Notes under the pieces: model-generated
The model's input: only the letters and a program-made list of their open reading frames with translations
What the model was told of the DNA's origin: nothing
Databases searched by the model: none
Position numbers and translations under genes: made by a program
Shown here: piece after piece, positions 30,264 through 41,218 of the stretch
Layout: each line of letters begins with the position of its first letter
Position numbering within the stretch: position 1 is the first letter of the stretch
Origin: an uncultured Poribacteria bacterium
Lineage (GTDB): Bacteria > Poribacteria > WGA-4E > WGA-3G
Reading direction: 5' to 3'
NCBI GenBank assembly: GCA_951813565.1
Contig: OX638351.1
Coordinates: 2,240,001-2,304,000 of the forward strand
DNA: 64,000 nucleotides

Positions 30264-31414
30264 TGGGTGGGATTATGTGTTGATGCAATCTGTTCCAACA
30301 CTAACTGTGCTGTTCTTTCTGCTGCTCCTGACTCTCCCAATTGATGATAGACAGTATTGAGGGCATCGCGCTGTGCATCACATTTTTCAGGATTGCGGAG
30401 TAGGTCTAAGGTAAATTCCGTGAGTGTGTCTGGTGATAGATCATCTTGAAGAAGTTCGGGGACAATACGTCTTTTGGCAATGAGATTCGGCAATCCGCTA
30501 TGTTCTAACGGGGTTAATGCGTTAATAATCCGCCAATTGAACTGTGAGGTTCGAAACAGAATAATCATCGGTGAACCGATACAAGCGGCTTCAAGCGTTG
30601 CGGTGCCAGAAGTAATCAGCATCAACGTGGCAGCGCGCATGGCTGTGTAGGTTTCATCTTGTAATAACTTTACAGTTGGGATACCTTTGATTCCTTGTTT
30701 ACATTCGGATATTAGTTCCTCTGAAATACCCGGAGCAAGAGGTAGAATCCATTCTGTATCTGAAAGAACCTGTGCAACGTTGGCTGCTGCCTTTAGCATA
30801 ATTGGAAGAATACGTTGGACTTCAGATCGTCTGCTGCCGGGCATCAGTCCAATAACTTGGGCGTTATTTTGCAAACCGAGTTTTTTTCGTGCTTGTGTCA
30901 ATGTGAGATCAGTCTTTGCAAAATCAACAAGCGGGTGTCCGACAAATTCGGCTGGTGCGCCTGCATCTTGATAAAATTCTGTTTCAAAGGGAAAAATTGA
31001 GGCGATGGCGTTTGCGCGTTTCGCGAGTTTTTTTGCTCTACCTGGCCGCCATGCCCACGCTTTTGGTGGAATATAGTAGACCATAGGAACACCTTGCGTG
31101 TAGGCGGACTTTGCTAAAGGCATGTTAAACTCGGCAAAATCAACCAAGAGGAGGACATCTGGAGGGTGTTGACGGATACGTTTTTTTAATAATGCTTGTT
31201 TTTTTAGAAACTTTGGAAGGACAGCGAAGACATCAGCAAAACCCATGACAGCGGAATCACGGATGTGGATATCCAGACACACACCAGCTTCTTCCATCAT
31301 GTCGCCCCCCATGCCGTAGAAAGATATTTCTGTGCATTTTGCTTTAAGTGCTTGGACGACATGTGAAGCGTGCAGGTCGCCAGAGGGTTCACCTGCAACA
31401 ATCATAAGCTGCAT
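30260..31414 (-). CDS. lpxB: Lipid-A-disaccharide synthase
   Basis: AGEPSGD, FVGHPL, PGSRRSE, SGTATLE and LPNLIA. Confidence 0.96.
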   Translation of the reverse strand: MQLMIVAGEPSGDLHASHVVQALKAKCTEISFYGMGGDMMEEAGVCLDIHIRDSAVMGFADVFAVLPKFLKKQALLKKRIRQHPPDVLLLVDFAEFNMPLAKSAYTQGVPMVYYIPPKAWAWRPGRAKKLAKRANAIASIFPFETEFYQDAGAPAEFVGHPLVDFAKTDLTLTQARKKLGLQNNAQVIGLMPGSRRSEVQRILPIMLKAAANVAQVLSDTEWILPLAPGISEELISECKQGIKGIPTVKLLQDETYTAMRAATLMLITSGTATLEAACIGSPMIILFRTSQFNWRIINALTPLEHSGLPNLIAKRRIVPELLQDDLSPDTLTEFTLDLLRNPEKCDAQRDALNTVYHQLGESGAAERTAQLVLEQIASTHNPTQ

Positions 31415-31459
31415 TATGGTTTGTGGTTAAAATGGCACAAGGTGTGCTTATTACGGTGA

Positions 31460-32503
31460 CTACGGCATTAAGCCTGGTAATTTGAGTCCATCTGTTTCGT
31501 CGTAGCCGAACATCAGATTGAGGTTCTGCAGTGCAGCACCAGCCGCGCCTTTTCCAAGGTTATCAAGTGCTGCCATAGCAACAACACGCTGCGTCCGCTC
31601 ATCAACTTCTATCCCGACATCGCAATAGTTGCTTCCGAGGACCGCCTTGGTTTGTGGATAAATTTCTTTGTCAAGAACTCGGATGAACGGTTCATTTTGG
31701 TAAAAAGTAGTATATGTCTCAAGTAAAGTTTCAGTATCAAGCGGTTTTTTCAGGCGTGCATAGACGGTACTGAGAATCCCGCGTGTCATCGGAACTAAAT
31801 GCGGCGTGAAGGTTACTGAAATATCTTGTCCAGCAATCGCACTTAATTCTTGTTCAATCTCTGGTGTATGACGGTGTTTTCCGATATTATAAGCAACAAG
31901 ATTTGCCTCACGATTCGGATAATGCGTAGTATCTTTCGGTTTTGGTCCTGCCCCAGAAATACCTGATTTAGAATCAACAATTACTGAATCTAATTCAATG
32001 AGTCTATTGTTAAGCAGAGGCATCGTGGCAAGGATAGCACTTGTTGGATAACACCCTGGATTCGCCACGATTTGGGCATCTCGGATCTTTTCTCGGTAAC
32101 GTTCTGGTAAACCGTAGACAGCATTCTGGATAAGTTCTGGACTGGTATGCTCAACGTGGTACCAGTCACTGTAGGTCGCTGCATCATTCAGACGGTAATC
32201 TGCACTGAAATCTACAACACGTAAACCTTGCGCAACAATTTGTGGGGCATACGTCATGGCAACTTTGTGCGGTACAGCCAACACGACAACGTCCACCCGT
32301 GCTTTAAGCGAATCAATGTCTAACGGTTCAAACTCAAGGTCTATAAAATCGCGCAGATGTGGTAAGATGTGGTCAACGCGTTGACCAGCGTAGGTTTCGG
32401 ATGTGGCGAGTTCTACGCTTAATCCACTGGGATGGTTAACCAAAAATCTTAGTAATTCGCTACCACTATAACCGGATGCGCCGACTATTCCGATCTTTGT
32501 CAT
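31460..32503 (-). CDS. argC: N-acetyl-gamma-glutamyl-phosphate reductase
   Basis: GASGYSG, ANPGCYPT, HRHTPEI and DNLGKGAAG. Confidence 0.97.
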   Translation of the reverse strand: MTKIGIVGASGYSGSELLRFLVNHPSGLSVELATSETYAGQRVDHILPHLRDFIDLEFEPLDIDSLKARVDVVVLAVPHKVAMTYAPQIVAQGLRVVDFSADYRLNDAATYSDWYHVEHTSPELIQNAVYGLPERYREKIRDAQIVANPGCYPTSAILATMPLLNNRLIELDSVIVDSKSGISGAGPKPKDTTHYPNREANLVAYNIGKHRHTPEIEQELSAIAGQDISVTFTPHLVPMTRGILSTVYARLKKPLDTETLLETYTTFYQNEPFIRVLDKEIYPQTKAVLGSNYCDVGIEVDERTQRVVAMAALDNLGKGAAGAALQNLNLMFGYDETDGLKLPGLMP

Positions 32504-32645
32504 CTTTTTACCTTTGAGATATGTTTTGTTGATAATAGTTTAGCATGAAGGGGTAGAAATGTCAATTTTTTGTTGTAGAAGGATTCGCAAGAACGGTTGA
32601 CAAAAAAGGGAATTCATGTAAAAATAAAAACGGAGGATTGATTAT

Positions 32646-33395
32646 ATGAAATTTGCTCGATATGAATTGAATGGAACAGTTGGATACGGTATAGTTGCAG
32701 GCAATAGTTTGCGAACGTTGGATGGATGCCCGTTCACAGACTATAGTGAAACTGGAGATACTGTCGCTTTAGAAGATGTGAAGCTCCTTGCACCCGCAAC
32801 GCCCTCAAAGGTTTTAGCCGTTGGCTTGAATTATAGGAGTCATTTAGGCGATGCGCCTGAGCCAAAAAACCCGGAAATCTTCATCAAAACACCATCGTGT
32901 ATTAATGATCCAGAGGGTGATATTGTGCTTCCTGAAGGTGATGACGATGTACATGCAGAAGGTGAATTGGTAGTCTTAATTAAAGAACGGACGAATAAAG
33001 CAACGCCCGATGAAGCAGAGGCAAATATATTAGGCGTGACCTGCGGAAACGATGTCAGTGCTCGCACGTGGCAAAGTAATGATATGCAATGGTGGCGCGC
33101 GAAAGCATCTGATACTTTTGGACCGATGGGACCAATCATCGCAACAGATGTTGACTATGGCAACCTACAATTAGAAACGCGTATCAACGGTGATGTGGTT
33201 CAGTCTCAAACCACTGGCGATCTCATTTTTCCTGTACCAGTGATTGTTAGTTTCATCTCGCAAGCGATAACTTTAGAGCCGGGTGATGCGGTTTTCACAG
33301 GAACACCCGGAACCACAACTGCTTTGAAAGATGGCGATGTTGTTGAAGTTGAGATTGAGGGGATAGGGGTTTTGCGTAATACTGTTGTGGCGTAA
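32646..33395 (+). CDS. Fumarylacetoacetate hydrolase family protein
   Basis: GLNYRSH, EGELV, GNDVSAR and TGTPG. Confidence 0.93.
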   Translation: MKFARYELNGTVGYGIVAGNSLRTLDGCPFTDYSETGDTVALEDVKLLAPATPSKVLAVGLNYRSHLGDAPEPKNPEIFIKTPSCINDPEGDIVLPEGDDDVHAEGELVVLIKERTNKATPDEAEANILGVTCGNDVSARTWQSNDMQWWRAKASDTFGPMGPIIATDVDYGNLQLETRINGDVVQSQTTGDLIFPVPVIVSFISQAITLEPGDAVFTGTPGTTTALKDGDVVEVEIEGIGVLRNTVVA

Positions 33396-33410
33396 CGACA
33401 GAGGTGAAAG

Positions 33411-33827
33411 ATGGCAAAAATTACTTTGTTTAAAGGTTATGAAGGAGAACCTCCGATTCCGAAACCGAAAGGGCAGGTGCAAGCCAACGTTGTTACTGTT
33501 CAAGATGGCGTGCCGGTAAAATATCCGGGTTGCGATGGAATTGGAGTGCGGGTTGTGCATCCTGCTAACCCGAAAGCACCAGCACAAAATTTAGGGATGG
33601 TGATGTTTTTTGTGCCTCCGCATGTCGTTTTGGAGCCGGGAAGTCATCACACAGAAGAGTGTTATGTTATCATGCGCGGAGAAGGCACTATGACTATTGC
33701 TGATGAAAAAGTGCCGGTGAAAGCAGGGACGTTTATCCACCTTCCGCCGTGGTGTGAGCATGGGATTGAAAATACAGGCGATGAAACGTTGGAAGTTCTC
33801 ATTTGCACCTCACCGCCAAATCCGTGA
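33411..33827 (+). CDS. Cupin domain protein
   Basis: HHTEECY...PPWCEHG metal-binding motifs. Confidence 0.85.
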   Translation: MAKITLFKGYEGEPPIPKPKGQVQANVVTVQDGVPVKYPGCDGIGVRVVHPANPKAPAQNLGMVMFFVPPHVVLEPGSHHTEECYVIMRGEGTMTIADEKVPVKAGTFIHLPPWCEHGIENTGDETLEVLICTSPPNP

Positions 33828-34004
33828 TTTATCAATTAATGGAACACAGTCGCTTGGCGCGCTTATAAAGTCCACCTACTTTTTTATACTGCAGTTTACC
33901 TCATAAATCATTTGTAGGGCGAGGTCTCTGTGCCTCGCCATTTCCTGGTAAGAAAACATCGGGCGGGCACAGAGACCCGCCCCTACAAAATAAGAATATT
34001 TTCT

Positions 34005-34799
34005 TTACCAGTCTCGTGTGTAACCCGCAGTCCAACCGCCATCTACGGTTAGGATAGTCCCATTGACATAACTTGCCTCTGGCGCGACTAAAAAAAGCAC
34101 GGCTGCAGCAATCTCCTCAACTTTCCCCGGTCGTCCAAGTGGAATATGTGATAGGAGACTTGCAGCCTTTTCTGTGTATTCTCCATCGGGTCCATAGAAG
34201 AGTGCCTTTGTGCCGCGCGTCAACGTAGAACCTGGGGCAACTGCATTGACAAGAATGCCCTGCGGTCCAAGTTCCAATGCCATTGAGCGTGTTAGATTAG
34301 CAACACCTGCCTTTGCCGCGACGAATGCGCTCTGAAGACGAAGCGGCACCAGTCCTGCAATAGAACTGATATTGACGATACGTCCGGGAGGGTTTTGAAG
34401 CATGTAGGGTATCACAGCACGACTCACCACGAATACACCGGTTAGGTCAACTTGTAAGATACGATGCCAGTCGTCTAAAGTATATTGATGAATTGGTACG
34501 CGATCGCTTTTTGTGTTGATGCCAGCGTTGTTGATGAGTATTTGAATTCCACCGAATTCGGCGTTTATGGTTTGTGCAGCGGTTTCCATCTGTTCAGGGT
34601 TCGCAACATCTGCCTCAACGAAGATGCATGTTCCAGACGTTTTCTCAATATCTTGAGTGGTTTGAATGCCGGCTTGCGCGTCAATATCCACAATTGCAAC
34701 ATGCGCGCCATTTTCGACAAGTGCATGCACAATCGCCTTACCGATGCCGTTTGCACCGCCGGTGACAATCGCTCCGTGTCCTTCAAGGGCAACTTTCAT
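34005..34799 (-). CDS. Short-chain dehydrogenase/reductase
   Basis: TGGANGIG, NNAG and VDGG. The catalytic YxxxK appears as FVAAK. Confidence 0.9.
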   Translation of the reverse strand: MKVALEGHGAIVTGGANGIGKAIVHALVENGAHVAIVDIDAQAGIQTTQDIEKTSGTCIFVEADVANPEQMETAAQTINAEFGGIQILINNAGINTKSDRVPIHQYTLDDWHRILQVDLTGVFVVSRAVIPYMLQNPPGRIVNISSIAGLVPLRLQSAFVAAKAGVANLTRSMALELGPQGILVNAVAPGSTLTRGTKALFYGPDGEYTEKAASLLSHIPLGRPGKVEEIAAAVLFLVAPEASYVNGTILTVDGGWTAGYTRDW

Positions 34800-34920
34800 G
34801 TATTATCCTTCAAGTGGACATTTATCGTAAATCTATAAAAAGTGTAAGAGGCGCAATGAATTGCGCGACTACAAACGCGGTAAATCCAAGAAAAATGTAT
34901 AAGAATTTTAGATTTTCTTA

Positions 34921-35742
34921 CTAAGATGCCTTCTGTGCAGTGAACTTAAGTTCCGTTTTTCCGTTTAGTCCTGCTACAACAGGGAAAGTGCGTTCGCCCG
35001 TTCCGTCTTTGGTAACATACCTGACTTCTGGAGAAAAATATGCATAGAGTGCTGTATTTCTCGGTCTCGGTGATGCGTTAGGACCGGAACCGTGTACCAT
35101 AAGACTATGGAAAAACAGCGCACTGCCTGCCGAAAGAGGAACATCCATCTGTTGTTTTGCGACCTCTTCACGATCGGTAAGTTCTGCATCCTGTTGCCGA
35201 GCAATTCCACCCCACTCTTGAACACCCCATAAGTGGCTGCGCGGAACAACTTTAAAACAGCCGTTTTCAGGGGTAGCATCGTTGAAAGAAATGCTTACCG
35301 TAACCAATCTTGGCGGTTCCATCGGCCAATATGCTGAATCTTGGTGCAGCCCATGCGATGAACCATGAAAAGCAGGTTTGAACATTAAGGTGCTTCTAAA
35401 GAGGAGTAGGTCTTCCCCGATAAGGTTTTGGAGTACCGCAACAAGGTTCGGATGTTGTGCTAAATTCCGAAACACCTCTGAGTACTGGCGCGTATTTTCT
35501 GCTTTACGCAGCACAGGCAATCTGTCACCTTGTGTTTCGTCTTTCGCGAAAGGTTCGCGTTGTACATGTCTGCGTGCGACATCTGCCCGTTCTTTATCAG
35601 CATCTGATTCCTGACCAGCAGCAAACTGATGCAGCAGTTGAATCTCTGCTTGACATTCTTCCACATCTGTAGGTGACAATAAGTTTTCAACAACGAGATA
35701 GCCTTCCTTCTCAAAAAAGGCTTTTTGTGCATTCTTATCCAT
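34921..35742 (-). CDS. Phytanoyl-CoA dioxygenase (PhyH) family Fe(II)/2OG enzyme
   Basis: LHQD...VHGS..N..R. Start set at MDKNAQ, just after the upstream stop. Confidence 0.9.
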   Translation of the reverse strand: MDKNAQKAFFEKEGYLVVENLLSPTDVEECQAEIQLLHQFAAGQESDADKERADVARRHVQREPFAKDETQGDRLPVLRKAENTRQYSEVFRNLAQHPNLVAVLQNLIGEDLLLFRSTLMFKPAFHGSSHGLHQDSAYWPMEPPRLVTVSISFNDATPENGCFKVVPRSHLWGVQEWGGIARQQDAELTDREEVAKQQMDVPLSAGSALFFHSLMVHGSGPNASPRPRNTALYAYFSPEVRYVTKDGTGERTFPVVAGLNGKTELKFTAQKAS

Positions 35743-35743
35743 T

Positions 35744-37207
35744 TTACCCCCCGATAAGTCGTTTAATTTCCCATATAATACTTGAAATAGCAAATCCGAT
35801 ATAGACGGCTGAAGCAATGAACATCATTATAGTTGAAATTGTTTTCGGTTTAGCAAATTTAGGTAAAAAGCGGTAGTTCATATAGAGCGTAAGCGGTACA
35901 TAGAGTGCCATCGCAAAACCGCCCATATATGCTGCACTAAAAAGAAAACCGAGTCCGCTTACATTTAACTTTTCCATCACAAAAGTGATCGCACATCCAG
36001 CAACAATCCAAATACCTACTATGAGTAGGTACCACCAACTTAACTCTCGTTTTTGCGCACCTTTAAAATTGGTATAAATAATATCGGAGATAGAACGCCC
36101 AACACCATCAAGCAATGCAAGTTGTGTGCCGAAAAGGGTTGCAACACCAACCAACAGAAAGATTCGCCTCCCGAACTCTCCAAAACTGTTACCTAATATA
36201 TCCGCTTCATCAAAGATGAGTTGACTCCTATCTGGAAGTGCTTCAATTCCCTTTTCAACCACTTGTGGATGTAAAACAGCAAGAGATCCAAAAATAAATA
36301 GCAGAATTGTAAAAGTATTGAGTGCCCAAAAGAAAAGAATCTGGTCGCGTTTGATATAACCCCACCAATCCGCGAAGCGGCGACGGTTTTCTTCTGTCTC
36401 TTCAAAGAGAAAACCGGTTGCGGGAACTTTTTCGGTACGTCCACGTAGGGGGTTGCGTAGTCCTGGGACTCGAGCCCCCATTCCGATGTTTTTATCCCGA
36501 AGATAGAACGTATAGAATAGATTAGCAGTGCCCCCTGCTCCCGCAAACACCAGCGCAATAAATAATGCTTTTACCGACATATTCGCGTCTTTGTATCCAA
36601 CATTTACTATTCCTGACCCTAATTCTTTCCACGTATCCAAAGAGCCAACCAAAATTGCAACAAGAATAAGCCCAACCGTCACCACGGCGACAAGTATTTC
36701 TATTGTGTGTTCTACGGATTGGTAAACCATTTTTGGTCCGAATAAGATGACTGATGCTACAATGAACGTAATTATCGTCCAAAAGGTATCTGAACCCCAA
36801 AATGTCCCTGCCTGCCATTTGGAGTTAAAGATGAGCGCTTTGAGTGCAGCACCCGATTCACGTGCCCAGCCTGGGGCAATCCACCCTACTATGATAAGCA
36901 GGATAAACAACGGCGCAAAGCCCCGCCAAATACGACTGTAGCCTGTGTATACCGTTTCCCCGGTTGCTATTGTCCATCTACCAACCTCAAAGTTTATCCA
37001 GAGTTGGAGAAATATACCGAGGACAGCTGCCCAGACCATGCTTGCACCGTACTCTGCGGCGATGAGAGGCCAAATCACAATTTCACCTGCACCAATAGAT
37101 AAGCCAACTAAAATTGCACCAGGACCTGCTATCTTCCAAAAAGGCATCTGCTTTTCAGGTAAATCCACAGTTTTAAAGTTTTGAAGTGGTTCGAAAATTT
37201 TAGGCAT
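35744..37207 (-). CDS. Nramp-like (APC superfamily) membrane transporter
   Basis: GPGAILVGLSIGAGE N-terminal motif and about 11 TM helices. Confidence 0.75.
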   Translation of the reverse strand: MPKIFEPLQNFKTVDLPEKQMPFWKIAGPGAILVGLSIGAGEIVIWPLIAAEYGASMVWAAVLGIFLQLWINFEVGRWTIATGETVYTGYSRIWRGFAPLFILLIIVGWIAPGWARESGAALKALIFNSKWQAGTFWGSDTFWTIITFIVASVILFGPKMVYQSVEHTIEILVAVVTVGLILVAILVGSLDTWKELGSGIVNVGYKDANMSVKALFIALVFAGAGGTANLFYTFYLRDKNIGMGARVPGLRNPLRGRTEKVPATGFLFEETEENRRRFADWWGYIKRDQILFFWALNTFTILLFIFGSLAVLHPQVVEKGIEALPDRSQLIFDEADILGNSFGEFGRRIFLLVGVATLFGTQLALLDGVGRSISDIIYTNFKGAQKRELSWWYLLIVGIWIVAGCAITFVMEKLNVSGLGFLFSAAYMGGFAMALYVPLTLYMNYRFLPKFAKPKTISTIMMFIASAVYIGFAISSIIWEIKRLIGG

Positions 37208-37240
37208 TCTTCATTCCTCATGTAGGCGTTGGACATATAG

Positions 37241-40180
37241 TCACATATCAGTATCCGACGATATTGCTTCACTTAACACTTCAATCGGATGCTTCGGTAG
37301 GATGCCAGTCCCGTGTTCAAGCTGGTGTCGGCAGGAAAATCCTGACGCTGTCAATATAAACTCCCCAGATTTTTCACGGATAGTTGGGAAAAGACGTAGT
37401 TCGCCAATATTCATTGAAAGATCGTAGTGGGACTTTTCGTATCCAAATGAGCCTGCCATGCCACAACAACTGGAATCGATAACTGTCACATCATGCGCTT
37501 CTGGCAACTCAAGCATCTGCTGCACCGGTTGGATACCAACAAGTGCCCGCTGGTGACAGTGTCCATGTAACAAGATATCGCGTGGTTCTGCCACAAATGT
37601 AAGTGGAAGTTCACCTTTTTCATGTGCATGAAGTAGAAATTCTTCCAGTGAGTAGGTAGTCTCAGCAACCCGTTTTGCCTTAGTTGTGCTAATAAGTTCA
37701 ACATAGTCGTCAGTCAATGCAGAGGTGCAACTCGGTTCACATCCGACAATTGGAATTCCTGCTTCTGCATAAGTATGGAGTTGTTCAATGTTGTAATTTG
37801 CGTACTCAATAGCTTTGTCAAGCATTCCCTCAGAAATAAGCGGTCTACCACAACACCGTTTCTCCGGCAAGATCACCTCAAATCCTGCAGATTCTAAAAC
37901 GTGTACTGCTGCCTTTCCTATATTTGGCTCACTAAAATTCATGAAGGTATCGTGAAACAACACGACTTTTTTGTCGGAAGTTTGTGCCGACTTGCGTTTT
38001 TTGAACCATTTTTCAAAAGATTGATGAACGAAGGTAGGCATATCTCGGCGGCGATCAACACCGAGTAGTTTTTCAGCCACCCACTTGGAAAGCGGGTTAT
38101 TTGTTGACCAATTGGAGAGTGGCGCGAACGCTGAACCGAAAACGGCAAGTGATCCAATTTCTCCGAAAAGGCGATTACGCAACGGGAGTCCATTTGCTTT
38201 TCGGTAATGTGCAAGCATCTCGTATTTTATTTTTGCCATATCTACATTGGAGGGGCATTCTGCCTTACATGCTTTACAACCGAGACACAAGTCAAGTACA
38301 TCATAGAGTCGGTCACTGGTGAAATCTTTGTGTGGCAAAGCACCAGAGATTACTGAGCGGAGCGCATTGGCACGTCCACGTGTAGAGTGTTCCTCTTCTC
38401 GTGTGGCGATGAAGGAAGGGCACATCGTACCAGTGAGGGTTTTACGGCACGCACCGACCCCATTGCACATCTCAATGGCTCTGCCAAACCCGTCTTGTGC
38501 TGAAAAATCGAAATAGGTATCAATTTTAATAGTGTTGTATTTTGCGCCGAATCGGAGATTTTCTGTCATCGGAGGAGGGTCAATAATTTTACCGGGATTC
38601 ATAATACCGTCTGGGTCGAAAGCATTTTTGACTTCGCGAAGTGCCTGATAAATCTGAGGACCAAACATGCTTTCAATCCATTCACTTCGGACAAGTCCAT
38701 CACCGTGTTCCCCACTCATCGCACCGCCAAGGTCCATGAGTAAGTCGCGCACTTCACTTGCAATGCTATGCATTTTTTGTATATCTGCTTCGGATTTGAG
38801 ATTGATAATCGGACGGTTATGGAGTAATCCGACACTGGCGTGTGCATAGTAAGAGGCAGTTGTCCCGTGTGTCGTGACAATTTCGTCAAATCGGCGGACA
38901 TATTCGGGTAAATTCTCTATGGGAACAGCAGCATCTTCCACAAACCCAATCGGTTTTGCATCACCTTTCATCCCCATGAGTAAGCCAAGTCCTGCTTTTC
39001 GAGTTTCCCACACACGCGCCTTTTCTTCAGCAGTAAAGCATCGCACAAACGCATATCCGAATCCGGCGTCTTTCAAGGTTTTTTCAAGATGATTGATCTG
39101 TTCATGCAGTTCAGTTTCTGTTTCACCGTAAAATTCAACCGCAAGGAGTGCTTCCGGTTCACCTTCAATAAAACTGGTTAGTCGTGAAAACTCCAAAGAA
39201 CCGCGTGCCATATTAAGTATTGTCTTATCAATTAGTTCAACTGCGGTTGGGTTGCACGCTAAGATGGGTTGCATCGCCTCCATAGCAGAGATGATCGATT
39301 TAAAATGAACAACACACAGACAGGTCATTTTGGGAACGGGTACAAGATTAATTTTCGCCTCAACAGTGGTTGCCAGCGTGCCTTCGGAGCCTACAACAAT
39401 TTTTGCGAGACTGAAAGGACGATGTGCATCGCATCCGTCGCGACGGTAGGGGGTTACCTCTTTTGACCCAGCATCTGATACATATTCATCAAGGTTGTAA
39501 CCTGCGACTCTACGTAAAATTTGGGGATAGCGTTTACGAATTTCATCTGCATTCTCATCACAGATTCTGCAGAGTTCTCTATAGATGTGTGCTTCTAAGG
39601 AATTTCCCGGCTTTTTTGATGCGACTTCAGGAAATGATAGAGGGGCTGCTGTTATCTCATTGCCGTTTGCAAGAACGAGGTCAAGGGACATCACATGGTC
39701 AATCGTTTTACCATAGATAAGTGAGTGAGAACCTGCGGAGTTATTTCCGATGGTGCCACCGACGTTTGCGCGGCTACTTGTGGCAACGTCAGGAGCGTAC
39801 ATGAGTCCATGTGGTTTAAGTTGGTGATTTAGTTCATCAAGAACGATACCGGGTTGGACACGTGCCCAATGTTCATCAATGTTTACTTCAATCAGTTGAT
39901 TCATGTACTTGGACATGTCCAGGACGATTGCTTTGCCAACGCTTTGTCCGGCGAGACTTGTTCCACCACCGCGTGGAAGAATAGGTATTTTGCGTTCAGC
40001 AGCGATCTGGACCGTCTTGATTACGTCCTGTTTATGTTTGGGAACAACAACACCGATTGGTTCAATTTGGTAGAGGCTTGCATCCGTACTATATAGTGCC
40101 TTTGAGTATGCATCAAAGCGCACTTCTCCCTCAAGTTCTTTCGTGAGAAGTTGTTCTAATGCTGGTTCAGAATTTTGCAT
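37241..40180 (-). CDS. FAD-linked oxidase fused to Fe-S/CCG domains (GlcD+GlcF, YdiJ-like)
   Basis: RGGGTSLAGQ, GEHGDG, CNGVGAC, CLGCKAC and CCG motifs. Confidence 0.92.
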   Translation of the reverse strand: MQNSEPALEQLLTKELEGEVRFDAYSKALYSTDASLYQIEPIGVVVPKHKQDVIKTVQIAAERKIPILPRGGGTSLAGQSVGKAIVLDMSKYMNQLIEVNIDEHWARVQPGIVLDELNHQLKPHGLMYAPDVATSSRANVGGTIGNNSAGSHSLIYGKTIDHVMSLDLVLANGNEITAAPLSFPEVASKKPGNSLEAHIYRELCRICDENADEIRKRYPQILRRVAGYNLDEYVSDAGSKEVTPYRRDGCDAHRPFSLAKIVVGSEGTLATTVEAKINLVPVPKMTCLCVVHFKSIISAMEAMQPILACNPTAVELIDKTILNMARGSLEFSRLTSFIEGEPEALLAVEFYGETETELHEQINHLEKTLKDAGFGYAFVRCFTAEEKARVWETRKAGLGLLMGMKGDAKPIGFVEDAAVPIENLPEYVRRFDEIVTTHGTTASYYAHASVGLLHNRPIINLKSEADIQKMHSIASEVRDLLMDLGGAMSGEHGDGLVRSEWIESMFGPQIYQALREVKNAFDPDGIMNPGKIIDPPPMTENLRFGAKYNTIKIDTYFDFSAQDGFGRAIEMCNGVGACRKTLTGTMCPSFIATREEEHSTRGRANALRSVISGALPHKDFTSDRLYDVLDLCLGCKACKAECPSNVDMAKIKYEMLAHYRKANGLPLRNRLFGEIGSLAVFGSAFAPLSNWSTNNPLSKWVAEKLLGVDRRRDMPTFVHQSFEKWFKKRKSAQTSDKKVVLFHDTFMNFSEPNIGKAAVHVLESAGFEVILPEKRCCGRPLISEGMLDKAIEYANYNIEQLHTYAEAGIPIVGCEPSCTSALTDDYVELISTTKAKRVAETTYSLEEFLLHAHEKGELPLTFVAEPRDILLHGHCHQRALVGIQPVQQMLELPEAHDVTVIDSSCCGMAGSFGYEKSHYDLSMNIGELRLFPTIREKSGEFILTASGFSCRHQLEHGTGILPKHPIEVLSEAISSDTDM

Positions 40181-40301
40181 CCGTTTTGTGTTCCTAATTT
40201 ATCCTCATTGGTGAGTTGTAATATATCTGTGCTTTGTATTGTTGCTAATGCTTGCATTGCGTAAGAACTTTTTGTTGAAACATCTCAAATTTGAATATCC
40301 T

Positions 40302-41177
40302 TCAATAAACGTAAACAAAAGCTGTTGGATTATCAAGGATATACTCAGTTGGCACGATACCGTTCGTTTGCTGGTAAGTTACCCATTCCGTGTGAATTAT
40401 ATTGTTTTCAAGGGGCCATTCTTTGAGTCTTACGAATGGGATATAGGGGAGATACTGAATGGGAAACTTATGGTTAGGGGCTGGATGCAAAAGACCAACA
40501 ATCCTTGTATCATCTCTATAAATGGCACATAATAGAATTGCTGAAATACTCTGGCGGCAAGGTTCTATTTTATCCGTGCCTTTCTGAAATCGGAAAAACA
40601 CGGATTCTTCCAAACCTGTTTCTAATCCAGGAGATGGCGTTGGGTTGGATCTTGGATCTGGTATTGAGATTTTAGTGTCGCTTGTCAGTAAAAATTCAGC
40701 AGCTATTCTACTACTCATTAGGCTTATAGCACCCTGATGGTCAGATGTTATTACAAGAATCCGCGGACAATCATATCCTGACATTTGTTTCGTTTTGCTG
40801 GATACTTTTGACCGTAACAAGTGAGTAATCCGCCGGTGAGAACCAACGGAACTTTCTGTAGGAATCTCATTTTTCATACCTGATTCACGGGCTACGGCTT
40901 CCGCTTCAAGATAGGTAACCTCAACCACAAATTCAGTATATTCTATTTTACATCGGAAATCTACCCCACCTTTCTCAGAGGATTCTTCTAAGCACACCTC
41001 GTCAACTTTCGTGTCAAAGAATGAAAATAAAACAGCTTCTGTCTTTGCACTGGCGGGTTGTTTATACAAAAGATTGCTATACGATTTTACACGGTCAGGA
41101 CATTTGCTATCCAAATAGTGTTGATAGCGCTTGATTAAGTCTGTCGTTGTAAGCCTATTCATTGTTAAATCTTGCAT
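40302..41177 (-). CDS. Hypothetical protein, possible PD-(D/E)xK-like fold
   Basis: E...VDF...VVEVT pattern. The assignment is weak. Confidence 0.55.
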   Translation of the reverse strand: MQDLTMNRLTTTDLIKRYQHYLDSKCPDRVKSYSNLLYKQPASAKTEAVLFSFFDTKVDEVCLEESSEKGGVDFRCKIEYTEFVVEVTYLEAEAVARESGMKNEIPTESSVGSHRRITHLLRSKVSSKTKQMSGYDCPRILVITSDHQGAISLMSSRIAAEFLLTSDTKISIPDPRSNPTPSPGLETGLEESVFFRFQKGTDKIEPCRQSISAILLCAIYRDDTRIVGLLHPAPNHKFPIQYLPYIPFVRLKEWPLENNIIHTEWVTYQQTNGIVPTEYILDNPTAFVYVY

Positions 41178-41218
41178 GATGTTTGCCTTTCTCTAATCTG
41201 TATAAATCCACATAAAGT

